Shown here one piece after another: positions 47,790 through 57,874 of a stretch of 64,000 nt of DNA. Made by a program: the position numbers and the translations under genes. The stretch is from Chloroflexota bacterium (GTDB lineage: Bacteria > Chloroflexota > Limnocylindria > Limnocylindrales > CSP1-4), in the NCBI GenBank assembly GCA_034430475.1, contig DAOUEA010000009.1:43269-107268 (forward strand). The letters run 5' to 3'. The notes under the pieces are model-generated. The model did no database searches. It was not told the origin of the DNA and saw nothing but the letters and a program-made list of their open reading frames with translations. Numbering within the stretch: the stretch's first letter is position 1; each line of letters opens with the position of its first letter.

Positions 47790-49205
47790 CTACAGCCCGC
47801 CCGCCTCCACGCTGGCCGCTTCGTCGTAGAAGCGAGCGATCGTCCTGATTCCGGTCTCGAAGTTGGACATCCACATCCACTCGTTGGGGGCGTGGAAATT
47901 GCCGTCCGCCGGGGCAAAGCCCAGCAGCACCACCGGCCGCCCCAGGATCTTCTCGAAGCTGGCGCAGACCGGGACCGAGCCGCCCTCGCGAATGTACAGG
48001 GGCGAGACGCCGAAGGTCGACTCGATGGCCCGAGCGGCGGCCTGAGTGCCCGGGTGGTCGATGGGGGTCAGGCTGGGGGCGCCGTCGCCCAGGCGCTCGA
48101 TGGCGCATTCGACGGTCGGCGGCGCAACCTGGGAGATGTACGAAGAAACCAGCTCGAAGATCCTGTCCGGATCCTGGTCGGCCACAAGCCGGCAGCTGAT
48201 CTTGGCATGGGCATGGGCCGGAATGATGGTCTTGGGCCCCTGGCCTTCGAAGCCGCCCCAGATACCGTTGACGTCCAGGGTCGGTCGCGCCCCCAGGCGC
48301 TCCAGCGTGGTGAAGCCAGGCTCGCCGTGCAGGGCGGGCACGCCGATCCCCTCCCGGTAGGCCTCCTCGTCGAACGGCAGCTCGGCCAGCGAGCCGCGGT
48401 CCAGGTCGGAGAGAGGAACGATGTCGTCGTAGAAGCCGGGCACCTTCACGACGCCGTCGGGGCCCTTCAGTGCGGCCACGATCTGGCACAGGACGTTGAC
48501 CGGGTTGTCGACCGCGCCGCCGTACACGCCCGAGTGCAGATCCTGACGGCCGCCGGTGACGTCCAGCTGGATGTACACGATCCCGCGCAGGGCGACGGTG
48601 ATGGCCGGCAGGTTGCCCTCGAAGAAGCTGGTGTCGGAGACGACCACCAGGTCGGCCTTGAGGCGCTCGCGATTCGACTCCAGCCAGGGGTCGAGGTGGA
48701 TCGAGCTGGTCTCCTCCTCGCCCTCGATGACGACCTTGACGTTGACCGGCAGCGCTCCGCGCACGGCCAGCAGAGCCTCCAGGGCGCGGGTGTGCATCTC
48801 CACGTGGCACTTGCAGTCCGACGCGCCGCGGGCCAGCATGCGCCCCTCGCGCACGATCGGCTCGAAGGGGGCCGCCTCCCACAGCTCCAGCGGGTCGGCT
48901 GGCTGGACGTCGTAGTGGGCGTAGACGAGCACCGTGGGCTTGCCCTCGGCGTGCAGCCAGTCGGCGTAGACGACCGGGTGGCCGCCCGTCTCGCAGACCT
49001 CTACGTGCTCCAGGCCGGCGGCGCTCAGATCGTCCGCCACGAACTGGGCCGCGGCTCGACAGTCGCCGGCATGGGCCGGCAGGCCGGAGATGCTCGGGAT
49101 GCGCAGCAAGGCCTCGTACTTCTCCAGGCGGCGAGCCTTCGACTCCTCCAGGTAGCGCTCCAGCTCGCCTTCCACGGCGATGGGATGTGGTCGGTCTCCG
49201 GCCAT
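47790..49205 (-). CDS. M20-family metallopeptidase (dipeptidase / ArgE-DapE-CPG2 superfamily)
   Basis: YAHYDVQPAD...GASDCKCHV...EGEEE are M20 metal-binding motifs; there is a dimerisation domain. Confidence 0.85.
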   Translation of the reverse strand: MAGDRPHPIAVEGELERYLEESKARRLEKYEALLRIPSISGLPAHAGDCRAAAQFVADDLSAAGLEHVEVCETGGHPVVYADWLHAEGKPTVLVYAHYDVQPADPLELWEAAPFEPIVREGRMLARGASDCKCHVEMHTRALEALLAVRGALPVNVKVVIEGEEETSSIHLDPWLESNRERLKADLVVVSDTSFFEGNLPAITVALRGIVYIQLDVTGGRQDLHSGVYGGAVDNPVNVLCQIVAALKGPDGVVKVPGFYDDIVPLSDLDRGSLAELPFDEEAYREGIGVPALHGEPGFTTLERLGARPTLDVNGIWGGFEGQGPKTIIPAHAHAKISCRLVADQDPDRIFELVSSYISQVAPPTVECAIERLGDGAPSLTPIDHPGTQAAARAIESTFGVSPLYIREGGSVPVCASFEKILGRPVVLLGFAPADGNFHAPNEWMWMSNFETGIRTIARFYDEAASVEAGGL

Positions 49206-49323
49206 CGGCTGTTCTCCCGCTGCTGCTTCCGCCCGATTCTAGCCCTCGCTCCGCCCGTTCCGAATCGAGACCGGCGGCCTCTCGACCGCCGGTCTTGCCG
49301 TTCTCTGCAGTGGCTCCGTCCCG

Positions 49324-51303
49324 TCAGGAGGGGCTCGGCTTGGGGCTGGGAGTCGTCGTCGGCGCAGCGCCGGGGCTCGACTCGCCGGGGGCCTCGGCGC
49401 CGACCGAAGCAGCCCGGCTGATGCCGTGGGTGTTCTCCTTGGGCGGGAGGTCGGAGAATATCTTCTCGAACTCCTCCGCCTCGACCGTCTCCTCGGCGAT
49501 CAGCTTGTCGGCCAGAGCCAGCAGCCGCGCGCGGTGCTCGGTCAGGACGGCCGTCGCCCGCTTGTAGCCGGCATCGATCAGGGTCCGGACTTCCTCGTCG
49601 ATCAGGCGCGCCACGTCGTCCGAGTAGTTGCGCTGCTCGCCGATCTCGCGGCCCAGGAAGACCAGCTCGTCGCGCTTGCCGAACGCCAGCGGGCCGAGCT
49701 TCTCGCTCATGCCCCACTCGGTGACCATCCGCCGGGCGAGGTCCGTCGCCTTCTCGATGTCATTGCTGGCGCCGGTCGTCGTGTCGCCGAAGATCAGCCG
49801 CTCGGCCGCATTGCCGCCCAGCAAGCCCGCGATCTTGTCCTCGAACTCGGTCTTGGACTGCAGGTAGCGGTCCTCCACGGGCAGAGCCATGGTGTAGCCG
49901 AGAGCCATGCCGCGGCTGATGATCGTCACCTTCTGGACGGGGTCGCACTTGGGCAGGACTCGCTGGACGACGGCGTGGCCGCCCTCGTGGATGGCGATGA
50001 TCCGCTTCTCGGCGTCGGAGATGATGCGGCTCTTGCGCTCCGGTCCGGCGACGATCCGCTCCAGGGCCTCGTTGAACTCCGGCATGGTCACGACCTTGCG
50101 GTTGCGCCGCGCGGCCAGAATGGCGGCCTCGTTGACGAGGTTGGCCAGGTCCGCGCCGGAGAAGCCGGGAGACTGCCGGGCCAGGTTCTCGACATCGACG
50201 CTCTTGTCGAGGGGCTTGCCCTTGGTGTGGACCTTCAGGATGGCCATGCGGCCACGCAGGTCCGGCCGGTCGAGGATGACCTGGCGGTCGAAGCGGCCCG
50301 GCCGCAGCAGCGCCGGGTCGAGCACGTCCGGACGGTTGGTGGCGGCGACCACGATCACGTTGGTGTTGGTGTCGAAACCGTCCATCTCGACGAGGATCTG
50401 GTTCAGGGTCTGCTCGCGCTCGTCGTGCGAGCCACCCAGGCCGGCGCCACGCTGGCGGCCGACAGCGTCGATCTCGTCCACGAAGACGATGCACGGGCTG
50501 TTGCGCTTGGCCTGGTCGAACAGGTCGCGGACGCGGCTTGCGCCCACGCCCACGAACATCTCCACGAACTCCGAGCCGGAGATCGAGAAGAACGGCACGC
50601 CCGCCTCGCCGGCCACGGCCCGGGCGAGAAGGGTCTTGCCCGTGCCCGGAGGCCCCACCAGCAGCACGCCACGGGGAATGCGCGCGCCGAGGCTGTTGAA
50701 CTTCTCCGGATACTTGAGGAACTCGACGACTTCCTGGAGGTCCGTTTTTGCCTCGTCCACGCCTGCTACGTCGGCGAAGGTCACGACCGTCTTGTTGCCC
50801 AGGAACATCCGGGCCCGGCTCTTGCCGAAGCTCATGGCCTGGTTGTTGCTGCCCTGGGCCTGGCGCATGAAGAACAGGAAGATCAGGACGATGACGATGA
50901 CCGGCAGCAGAGTTGAGAGCAGAAGGGCGATCCAGGTGGTGTCGGCCGGCTTCTTGATCTCGTAGGTCGGCCACTGACTCTTGTCGATGCCGGCGCTTCG
51001 CATCCAGGACTTGATCGTGTCCCACTCGCCGTTCTCCGGCGAATCGGACTCGACCGTGTAGGGACTGTTCCCAGCCTGGAGAGTCACCGTCAGCGTCGTC
51101 CCCTCGCGCACGATCTTGGTGACCAGGCCTGACTCGACGTCGTTCTCGAACTGCGAGTAGACCTTCGTCGTCGGCTGGGCGGGCTGGATCAGGATGTAGA
51201 GCAGCAGGACCGTGGCCGCCACCAGGACGACCATTACGACCCCGTTGCGAAGGAAACCTCTGTCCAAGATGTAGCGGAGCCTCCGGAGTGTCATGGCCGG
51301 CAC
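49324..51303 (-). CDS. ftsH: ATP-dependent zinc metalloprotease FtsH
   Basis: N-terminal TMs, AAA+ ([19 protein letters not shown]...[11 protein letters not shown]), zinc site HEGGHA, Ala/Pro-rich C-terminal tail. Confidence 0.95.
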   Translation of the reverse strand: MPAMTLRRLRYILDRGFLRNGVVMVVLVAATVLLLYILIQPAQPTTKVYSQFENDVESGLVTKIVREGTTLTVTLQAGNSPYTVESDSPENGEWDTIKSWMRSAGIDKSQWPTYEIKKPADTTWIALLLSTLLPVIVIVLIFLFFMRQAQGSNNQAMSFGKSRARMFLGNKTVVTFADVAGVDEAKTDLQEVVEFLKYPEKFNSLGARIPRGVLLVGPPGTGKTLLARAVAGEAGVPFFSISGSEFVEMFVGVGASRVRDLFDQAKRNSPCIVFVDEIDAVGRQRGAGLGGSHDEREQTLNQILVEMDGFDTNTNVIVVAATNRPDVLDPALLRPGRFDRQVILDRPDLRGRMAILKVHTKGKPLDKSVDVENLARQSPGFSGADLANLVNEAAILAARRNRKVVTMPEFNEALERIVAGPERKSRIISDAEKRIIAIHEGGHAVVQRVLPKCDPVQKVTIISRGMALGYTMALPVEDRYLQSKTEFEDKIAGLLGGNAAERLIFGDTTTGASNDIEKATDLARRMVTEWGMSEKLGPLAFGKRDELVFLGREIGEQRNYSDDVARLIDEEVRTLIDAGYKRATAVLTEHRARLLALADKLIAEETVEAEEFEKIFSDLPPKENTHGISRAASVGAEAPGESSPGAAPTTTPSPKPSPS

Positions 51304-51504
51304 GAGTCCACCGGCGGCCGCAGTATACGCCCGAGGGCGCCCAGCCTCGACGCAGCGGTTCTGCCCGTTGCGAACTCGGCATCCGGTGCCCGGGGCGGAA
51401 GCCGCCCCACTATCAGAGACTCGTCGGCGGGCCGCAGTGTTCAGGCGCGGGGTTCTGCCGGTGCCGATCGGCCCCAGCGTTGCGCCGCGTGAGCCGGCGA
51501 AGGC

Positions 51505-51529
51505 GCGACCCGGGCGGCGCCCGGGTCGC
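51505..51529 (-). promoter_or_regulatory. GC-rich hairpin (9 to 11 bp stem) 12 nt downstream of the tRNA 3' end
   Basis: GCGACCCGG-gcggcgc-CCGGGTCGC seen directly. There is no U-tract, so it may be a processing or termination element between the tRNA and ftsH. Confidence 0.45.
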
Positions 51530-51541
51530 GATTGGCGGCGT

Positions 51542-51616
51542 TGGTAGCGGAGACTGGATTTGAACCAGTGACCAAGGGCTTATGAGTCCCCTGCTCTACC
51601 ACTGAGCTACTCCGCC
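51542..51616 (-). tRNA. tRNA with anticodon CAU (elongator Met, or tRNA-Ile2 if the C is modified to lysidine), CCA encoded
   Basis: Minus-strand sequence GGCGGAGTAGCTCAGTGGTAGAGCAGGGGACTCATAAGCCCTTGGTCACTGGTTCAAATCCAGTCTCCGCTACCA folds as a cloverleaf. 7-bp acceptor stem with G1-U72, D arm GCTC/GAGC, anticodon loop CTCATAA, T arm ACTGG/CCAGT. There is an A31-G39 mismatch. Confidence 0.85.
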
Positions 51617-51697
51617 GTAGCGCGGGGTAGTTTAGCGGATGATCCCGGGCGAGACCAGCAACCGCCCCGCCGGAGCCCGGCGGCCGGCGGCTGGCGG

Positions 51698-52642
51698 TCA
51701 GCCTCCGTCGAGAAGCTCCAGGGCCGGTGCCAGGCCGTCCAGCGATTCGAGGGTGATGGGATCGACGACAAGCTGGACCTCTGCCACTCCCGCCCTGGCG
51801 TAGGCGCGCAGGCCCTCGGCGATGATCTCGGGTGAGCCCGTGAGCGGGTTGGCCGTGCCGTCCAGGTAGCCGTCGCCCTGGCGGCGGCCCATGCCGCCGG
51901 GCATGCGGACCAGGACCACCACGCTCGCCTCGACGGTGGCCGGATCGCGCCCCACGCCGCGGCAGACTCGCTCCACTCGCTCGCGCAACGGAGCCACTCC
52001 CTGGGGGCTATTGCCAACGTCCGCGTGCCATACGTTCCAGGACCGCGCATAGGGCATGGTGATGGTCAGCATCCGCTCACCTGTCGATCCGACCATGATG
52101 GGCGGCCCGCCCGGCCGGGCGCGCGGGACCAGCTCGCAGTCGCGAGCGCTGAAATAGCGGCCCTGGAAGTCGATGCGACCCTCGGTCAGCAAGGTGCGAA
52201 TGATGGTGAAGGCCTCTTCGAAGCGCGAGATGCGATGGTCGAAGGGCACACCGTAGGCCGCGAACTCCACCTCGTTCCAGCCCGCCCCCAGCCCCAGGAC
52301 CAGCCGTCCGCCGGATATCTCGTCCACCGTGGCCGCCTTCTTGGCCAGCACCGCGGGGTTGTTGAAGCCGACCGGCGTGACGAGTGGGCCCAGGCTGGCC
52401 TTCGAGGTGATCGCGGCCGCCGCCGCCAGCAGGCTCCAGGCGTCCCACGGGCCGTCGGCCGAGCCGTCCTCCATGCGATACAGGTAGTGGTCGCCCGTCC
52501 AGATCGAATCGAAGCCCAGCTCCTCGACGCGCCGGATCATAGCCGCCAGCTCCGGCCAGCGTACCGGGCGCTCGATCTCGGGCAGCTGCACACCGACCCT
52601 CAGGGGGCGGTGAGCAGGACGCAGCGCATCCACGCCGATCAT
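51698..52642 (-). CDS. LLM-class (luciferase-like) flavin/F420-dependent oxidoreductase
   Basis: TIM-barrel LLM signature (FDSIWTGDHY...LGLGAGW). Confidence 0.8.
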   Translation of the reverse strand: MIGVDALRPAHRPLRVGVQLPEIERPVRWPELAAMIRRVEELGFDSIWTGDHYLYRMEDGSADGPWDAWSLLAAAAAITSKASLGPLVTPVGFNNPAVLAKKAATVDEISGGRLVLGLGAGWNEVEFAAYGVPFDHRISRFEEAFTIIRTLLTEGRIDFQGRYFSARDCELVPRARPGGPPIMVGSTGERMLTITMPYARSWNVWHADVGNSPQGVAPLRERVERVCRGVGRDPATVEASVVVLVRMPGGMGRRQGDGYLDGTANPLTGSPEIIAEGLRAYARAGVAEVQLVVDPITLESLDGLAPALELLDGG

Positions 52643-52667
52643 CCTAGCGCCCGGCCGGGCGGCTGCC

Positions 52668-53168
52668 TCAGCCGTCGCCGAAGAGCGCCTCCAGCCAGGC
52701 CTCCAGCGGGCTCCCGGCAGCCGTTGACGACGACTCGGCGATGCCGACGGAGCCAGGGGCGTCGGACGCCAGGGGCCGGGCGTTGGGATCGAGCGTGACC
52801 GTCAGCTCGCCCGCGACGCCCAGGCCGTAGCCACGGGCGGTTGAATCGACGAACCCCTGCTGCTGGATCAACTCCAGCTCGTTGCGCAGCGAATCGAGAT
52901 CCTCGCGCAGAGCGGCGTTTCGATCGCGCATTGCGTCGGCCTGCTCGGAGGCCGCGGCCGCCTCGCTTACCTGGCGGGCGAAGACCCCCACCAGGTACAG
53001 GCACAGGAAGCCGGCAACCAGCACCGCCAGCCGCCGCCTGGACAGCCCAAGCGACGGCCCAGGACCGCCCGAAGCCGCGATTTCGGTCCGGGCCTCCTGC
53101 TCGGAAGCAGAGTCGACCTCGTTCCTGCGCATCGCCTGAATCGTAGCTGTGGGCAGCTGTCGTGTCAA
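52668..53168 (-). CDS. septum formation initiator family protein (FtsB/DivIC-like)
   Basis: Single TM (LAVLVAGFLCLYLVGVF), a coiled coil (NAALREDLDSLRNELELIQQQ) and a conserved ARGYGLGVAGELTVTL C-terminus. The start may be an internal Met. Confidence 0.7.
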   Translation of the reverse strand: MTRQLPTATIQAMRRNEVDSASEQEARTEIAASGGPGPSLGLSRRRLAVLVAGFLCLYLVGVFARQVSEAAAASEQADAMRDRNAALREDLDSLRNELELIQQQGFVDSTARGYGLGVAGELTVTLDPNARPLASDAPGSVGIAESSSTAAGSPLEAWLEALFGDG

Positions 53169-53244
53169 CGTGTGCCCACGCTTGCATCGCGCTGCTAGAC
53201 TGACGCTTGGATTCGTACAGGCGTTCGCTTTCAGGGAGCCCCCG

Positions 53245-55578
53245 ATGCGCTACTACGAGCCTGCCGACGTCGAGACTGCGCTCGCCCGGGCCATGGCAGA
53301 GCCCTCGCTGGCCGGCGGCGTCCTGCACCACGCGCAGATGCCGGCCCGGCCGGCAGACCTGCGCCCCATGCCGGGCTGGCTCGACCCGAGGCTGGTTTCC
53401 GCCCTGGCCGGGCGCGGCATCGAATCCCTCTACGCCCACCAGGCCGAGGCCCTGGAGGCAGTCCGGGCCGGCGAGGACGTGGTCGTCGTCACGCCCACGG
53501 CCTCGGGCAAGTCGCTGTGCTACCTCCTGCCCACGCTCCAGGCCCTGGCGGAGGACCCGACCGCTCGAGCCCTGTACCTCTTCCCCACCAAAGCGCTGGG
53601 CCAGGATCAGGTGGCGGAACTGGGCGAGCTGACCCGGGCGGCCAGGCTGGCGATCAACTCGTCCACCTACGACGGCGACACACCGGCGCCGATCAGGTCC
53701 GCCATTCGCTCTGCCGGGCAGATCGTCGTCACCAACCCGGACATGCTCCACGCCGCGATCCTGCCCCACCACACCAAGTGGTTCCAGCTCTTCGAGCAGC
53801 TGAGGATCGTCGTCGTCGACGAGCTGCACACCTACCGCGGCCTGTTCGGCAGCCACGTGGCCAACGTCCTCCGACGGCTGCTGCGCGTCTGTGCTCACTA
53901 CGGGTCGCGGCCGGTCATCGTCTGCTGCTCGGCCACGATCGGCAATCCGGCGGAGCTGGCCACGGCGCTGACCGGCCGGCAGCCGCGGCTGATCGACCGT
54001 AACGGCGCCCCATCCGGCGCCCGGCACGTGCTGCTGGCGCAGCCGCCGCTCCTGGACCCGGCAACCGGCGCCCGCGGCTCGGCGCTCACCCTGGCCACTC
54101 GCTGGGCCCTGCCGTTCCTGCGGGCCGGCCGCCAGACGCTGGTCTTCGGCCGCTCACGCATGGGAGTGGAGCTGATGCTCTCCACTCTGCGGGAGGCCCT
54201 CCTGCTGGGCGACGGGCCCCGTAGCCGGGTCCGCGGCTACCGGGGCGGCTATCTGCCCACCGAGCGGCGCGCCGTCGAGCGCGGCCTGCGCGAGGGTGAG
54301 CTGCTGGGCGTGGTCTGCACCAACGCCCTGGAGCTGGGGGTGGACGTGGGGCAGCTGGACGTGGCCGTCCTGGCCGGCTACCCGGGCTCGATCGCCGCCA
54401 CATGGCAGCAGATGGGCCGGGCCGGGCGACGGCAGGGCACCAGCGTCGCCGTCCTGATCGCCGGCGGCGGGCCGGTCGACCGCTACGTCGTGGAACACCC
54501 CGAGTTCCTGCTCCAATCGCCGCCCGAGGAAGCCCGCCTGGACCCCGACAACCTGCACGTCCTGCTGGCTCACCTCAAGGCCGCCGTCTTCGAGCTGCCT
54601 TTCGAGCCGGGTGAGCGATTCGGTCCCGGCGAAGCCGCCCCCTTGCTGGCCTTCCTGGCCGAGGAAGGCCTCGTCCGCCGGGCCTCGGACCAGCGCTGGT
54701 ACTGGTCCAGTGACAACTTCCCGGCCTCTGCGGTGTCGCTGCGGGCGGCTGCTCAAGAGAACGTGATCATCATCGACACCACGCCGGACCGGCCCCGCGT
54801 GATCGGCGAGATCGACATCTTCGCCGCCCAGACCCTCGTCCACGAGGACGCGATCTACATCCACGAATCCATCCAGTACCACGTCCACCGGCTGGATTGG
54901 GACGAGCGGAAAGCCTACGTCCGGCGCGTCGACGTGGACCACTACACCGACGCCGAGCGGGCCGTGACCCTCAAGCCACTCGAGGAGTTCGCTCGGGCGC
55001 GGGTCCCCGGAGGAGAGCTGGCCCACGGCGAGGTGATGGTCTCCAGCCTGGTTTCGATGTTCAAGAAGCTGAAGTTCGGAACGGACGAGAACCTGGGCTG
55101 GGGGCCCGTTCACCTGCCGGAGATCGAGCTGCAGACCGCCGCCTGCTGGGTCATGCCGGGCCGGGCCGCGGAAGGCTGGCGCCGGGCAGACCTGGACGTG
55201 GCCCTTATAGGTGCCGGCCGGGCCATGCAGGCCGTGGCCGCCGTCCTGCTGATGGTGGACCCGCGCGATCTGGGCCTGGTCTCGCAGGTCCGATCGCCGC
55301 ACTATCAGACCCCAACCATCTACCTCTACGAGGCCGTCCCGGGCGGTGTCGGCCTGTCGGAGCGGCTCTTCGAGCGCTACGGCGAGCTCGTCGAGGGAGC
55401 GACGGACCTGATCGCCGCCTGCGATTGCCAGGCCGGTTGCCCGGCCTGCACGGGACCGCGCCTCGAACCGGAAGTCGACGCCAGGCAGCTCGCCCTGCGG
55501 CTGCTGCGGGCGATGGCCGCGGCCTCGCCGGGAAGCCTGCCCGCCACCGGCGCGCCGGGCGCGCCTCCCGCCGCGTGA
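53245..55578 (+). CDS. mrfA: DEAD/DEAH-box helicase with a C-terminal DUF1998 zinc-binding domain (MrfA/YprA-like)
   Basis: Motif I TPTASGKSL, motif II VVVDELHTY, SAT, helicase C, and a C-terminal CDCQAGCPAC. ATG at 53245. Confidence 0.85.
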   Translation: MRYYEPADVETALARAMAEPSLAGGVLHHAQMPARPADLRPMPGWLDPRLVSALAGRGIESLYAHQAEALEAVRAGEDVVVVTPTASGKSLCYLLPTLQALAEDPTARALYLFPTKALGQDQVAELGELTRAARLAINSSTYDGDTPAPIRSAIRSAGQIVVTNPDMLHAAILPHHTKWFQLFEQLRIVVVDELHTYRGLFGSHVANVLRRLLRVCAHYGSRPVIVCCSATIGNPAELATALTGRQPRLIDRNGAPSGARHVLLAQPPLLDPATGARGSALTLATRWALPFLRAGRQTLVFGRSRMGVELMLSTLREALLLGDGPRSRVRGYRGGYLPTERRAVERGLREGELLGVVCTNALELGVDVGQLDVAVLAGYPGSIAATWQQMGRAGRRQGTSVAVLIAGGGPVDRYVVEHPEFLLQSPPEEARLDPDNLHVLLAHLKAAVFELPFEPGERFGPGEAAPLLAFLAEEGLVRRASDQRWYWSSDNFPASAVSLRAAAQENVIIIDTTPDRPRVIGEIDIFAAQTLVHEDAIYIHESIQYHVHRLDWDERKAYVRRVDVDHYTDAERAVTLKPLEEFARARVPGGELAHGEVMVSSLVSMFKKLKFGTDENLGWGPVHLPEIELQTAACWVMPGRAAEGWRRADLDVALIGAGRAMQAVAAVLLMVDPRDLGLVSQVRSPHYQTPTIYLYEAVPGGVGLSERLFERYGELVEGATDLIAACDCQAGCPACTGPRLEPEVDARQLALRLLRAMAAASPGSLPATGAPGAPPAA

Positions 55579-56918
55579 TGCCGGCCGACGCTCACCTGCG
55601 GAGCCGCCTGGACCGCCTCCGGCGGGAGCGGGCCGCCGACGCGCGGGCAGCCGCGGCCCGGGCGGAACGCGCCGGAGAGACGGACCCGCACATCCGGCAG
55701 GCGGTTGCTGCCGTCTTCGCCGCCGCCGACGCGTACGGGCCGCCACAGCCGGTCTGGGCCGGCACCGGGCCGCTGGACGCGGCCTCACTGGCCCGCCGCA
55801 TGGCCCGAGGTTTGGACGGCGATCCCGTCGAGACGGCCCACGGCTGGTATGTCCGCCGCGAGCTGCGGCCCGTGTACATGCCCCTGGATCGCCGCCGCCT
55901 GTCCGGCCTGCCGATGATGCCTCCGCCCGGCGCTCCCCTGGTCTGCCTGGACACTGAGACGACCGGCCTGGGGAGCGCCGCCGGCACGGTCGCCTTCCTG
56001 ATCGGCCTGGCGCACTGGGACTGTGCCCACCTGAGGCTCGTGCAGCTGTTCCTGCCCGACCACTCGACGGAGCCTGCGTTGCTGGCGGCGCTGGCGGCCG
56101 AGATCCGGCCCGGCTCCTGGCTGGTGACCTACAACGGCCGGAGCTTCGACTGGCCCCTCATCGAGACGCGGTTGCGCATGAACGGCCGGCCCCAGATCCC
56201 GCTCGGAGGCCACCTCGACCTGCTCCATCTCGTCCGCCGCGTCTTCCGCCATCGTCTGCCCGACGCGCGCCTGCAGACAGTCGAGCACGCCCTTCTGCGC
56301 CGCCGCCGCGCCCCCGATATCCCTGCCTCGGAGATCCCGGCCGCCTACCACTCCTTCCTCCGGGGCGGCCCGGTGGAACCGCTGCGGGTCGTCGCCCGCC
56401 ACAACGTCGAAGACGTGGTCACGCTCGGCCGGATCCTCGCCCACCTGGAGCGCGGCTACGGCGCCGGCCCCGCCCGCCATTGGGCGCCCGCGGGCGATCT
56501 CATCGGCCTGGCCCGCCTGTACCGCCACGAGGGCAAGGCGGTCCTGGCCGCGCACCTGCTCGGCATCGCGTCCGAAGGGCTGGCAGCGGGCCAACCCGGC
56601 GCCGCCCAGGCCACCGTCGAGCTGGCCCGACTGCTGCGGCGCGAGGGTCGTGACGTAGAGGCAGGCCTGACCTGGGCCAGGCTGGTGGAGGTGGACGGGC
56701 CGCTGGCGGCCGTGGGCTGGATAGAGCTGGCCAAGGAGCGGGAGCACCGCCAGCGCGACCTGCCGGGCGCGTGGGAGGCCACCGACAGTGCCCTGCTCAA
56801 GCTCTACAGCTGCCACAACAACGGCCAGGCGCTGCTGCGCAGAAGGCTGGAAGCCGACCTGGCCAGAAGGCGGGCTCGCCTGGCTCGGCGCCTGGATCGG
56901 GCGGGTCTTGGCGCCTGA
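55578..56918 (+). CDS. mrfB: DEDDh 3'-5' exonuclease-domain protein with a TPR-like C-terminus (MrfB/YprB-like)
   Basis: LVCLDTETTGL (exo I), YNGRSFDWPLI (exo II), H...EDV (exo III). The ATG overlaps the mrfA TGA (TGATG). Confidence 0.75.
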   Translation: MPADAHLRSRLDRLRRERAADARAAAARAERAGETDPHIRQAVAAVFAAADAYGPPQPVWAGTGPLDAASLARRMARGLDGDPVETAHGWYVRRELRPVYMPLDRRRLSGLPMMPPPGAPLVCLDTETTGLGSAAGTVAFLIGLAHWDCAHLRLVQLFLPDHSTEPALLAALAAEIRPGSWLVTYNGRSFDWPLIETRLRMNGRPQIPLGGHLDLLHLVRRVFRHRLPDARLQTVEHALLRRRRAPDIPASEIPAAYHSFLRGGPVEPLRVVARHNVEDVVTLGRILAHLERGYGAGPARHWAPAGDLIGLARLYRHEGKAVLAAHLLGIASEGLAAGQPGAAQATVELARLLRREGRDVEAGLTWARLVEVDGPLAAVGWIELAKEREHRQRDLPGAWEATDSALLKLYSCHNNGQALLRRRLEADLARRRARLARRLDRAGLGA

Positions 56919-56946
56919 GAAGGCCGGCGCATCGGGGGCGCCCGGG

Positions 56947-57855
56947 TCAGGCCCTTCGCAGCCGGGCCGCAACCTCCTCCCGGGTCGGGACGCCGGCCAG
57001 GCCCACTGCTTCTACTGCGCAGGAGGCCGCGGCCGCGGCGTAGACGAGGGCGCCCTTAGTCGCGAGCGCATCGCCCGCCTGCCAGGCTGCCATCAGCGCG
57101 GCCAGGAAGACGTCGCCGGCGCCGGTCGGGTCCACGACCGGATCCACGACCCGCGCCTTGTACTTGATCTCCCGCGTGCGATGCAGCGCCACTCCCCCTT
57201 CGGCGCCGGCGGTGGCGACTATGACGGCCTCCGTCAGAAGCCGCAGCGACTCCGGCGCTTCTTCGGATGGCATGTCGTGCGCGCTCAGCACCACAAGCCC
57301 CGCGCGCTCGATCAAGCGGCTCGGCCGCGGAGCCACCGGCTCCACCCAGCCGTCGGGCGGAAACTCGCGAGTCAGTCCCTGGAGCCCCAGCGCCACCCTG
57401 GCCCGCGGGCCCGGCACGTCGGCCCACTCCTCCCCTACCTCGCCCGAAACCGGCACCAGCAACCAGCCGCCGGCGGCTCGCCAGGCCTCGGGTAGGGCGG
57501 GCACCTGGATGGCATCGCTCTTCGACAGCCAGCGCTGGCGCCGCGCGCCGCCGGCAACCTCCGTGTTCTCGAACACCGCACCGCTATCCAGCGGTACCGG
57601 CACTACAGTCGCACCCGCCTCCTCGAGCAGCTTCACCTCGTCGCCGGCCTGACGCGCCTTCCTGTCCAGGCCCACCAGGCAACCGACGCGGAGCCCCAGC
57701 CGCGCCAGGCCCAGACCGCAGTACAGAACGGAACCGCCCATCCGCCAGCCGCGCCGGTCGTCAGGGGCGATGTCGCGCGCGGCGGCCCCCACGACGACCA
57801 CGTCGGGCAGCGGTGTCTCCTCGGTCTGGGCGTATACTCGATTCTCAGCCAGCAC
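56947..57855 (-). CDS. PfkB-family carbohydrate/ribokinase-like kinase
   Basis: N-terminal VVVVGAAARD glycine motif and C-terminal DPTGAGDVFLAAL (GAGD anion hole). The start is uncertain; GTG 57855 has AGGAGG only 3 nt upstream. Confidence 0.7.
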   Translation of the reverse strand: MLAENRVYAQTEETPLPDVVVVGAAARDIAPDDRRGWRMGGSVLYCGLGLARLGLRVGCLVGLDRKARQAGDEVKLLEEAGATVVPVPLDSGAVFENTEVAGGARRQRWLSKSDAIQVPALPEAWRAAGGWLLVPVSGEVGEEWADVPGPRARVALGLQGLTREFPPDGWVEPVAPRPSRLIERAGLVVLSAHDMPSEEAPESLRLLTEAVIVATAGAEGGVALHRTREIKYKARVVDPVVDPTGAGDVFLAALMAAWQAGDALATKGALVYAAAAASCAVEAVGLAGVPTREEVAARLRRA

Positions 57856-57874
57856 CCACCTCCTGGAGTAGAGC

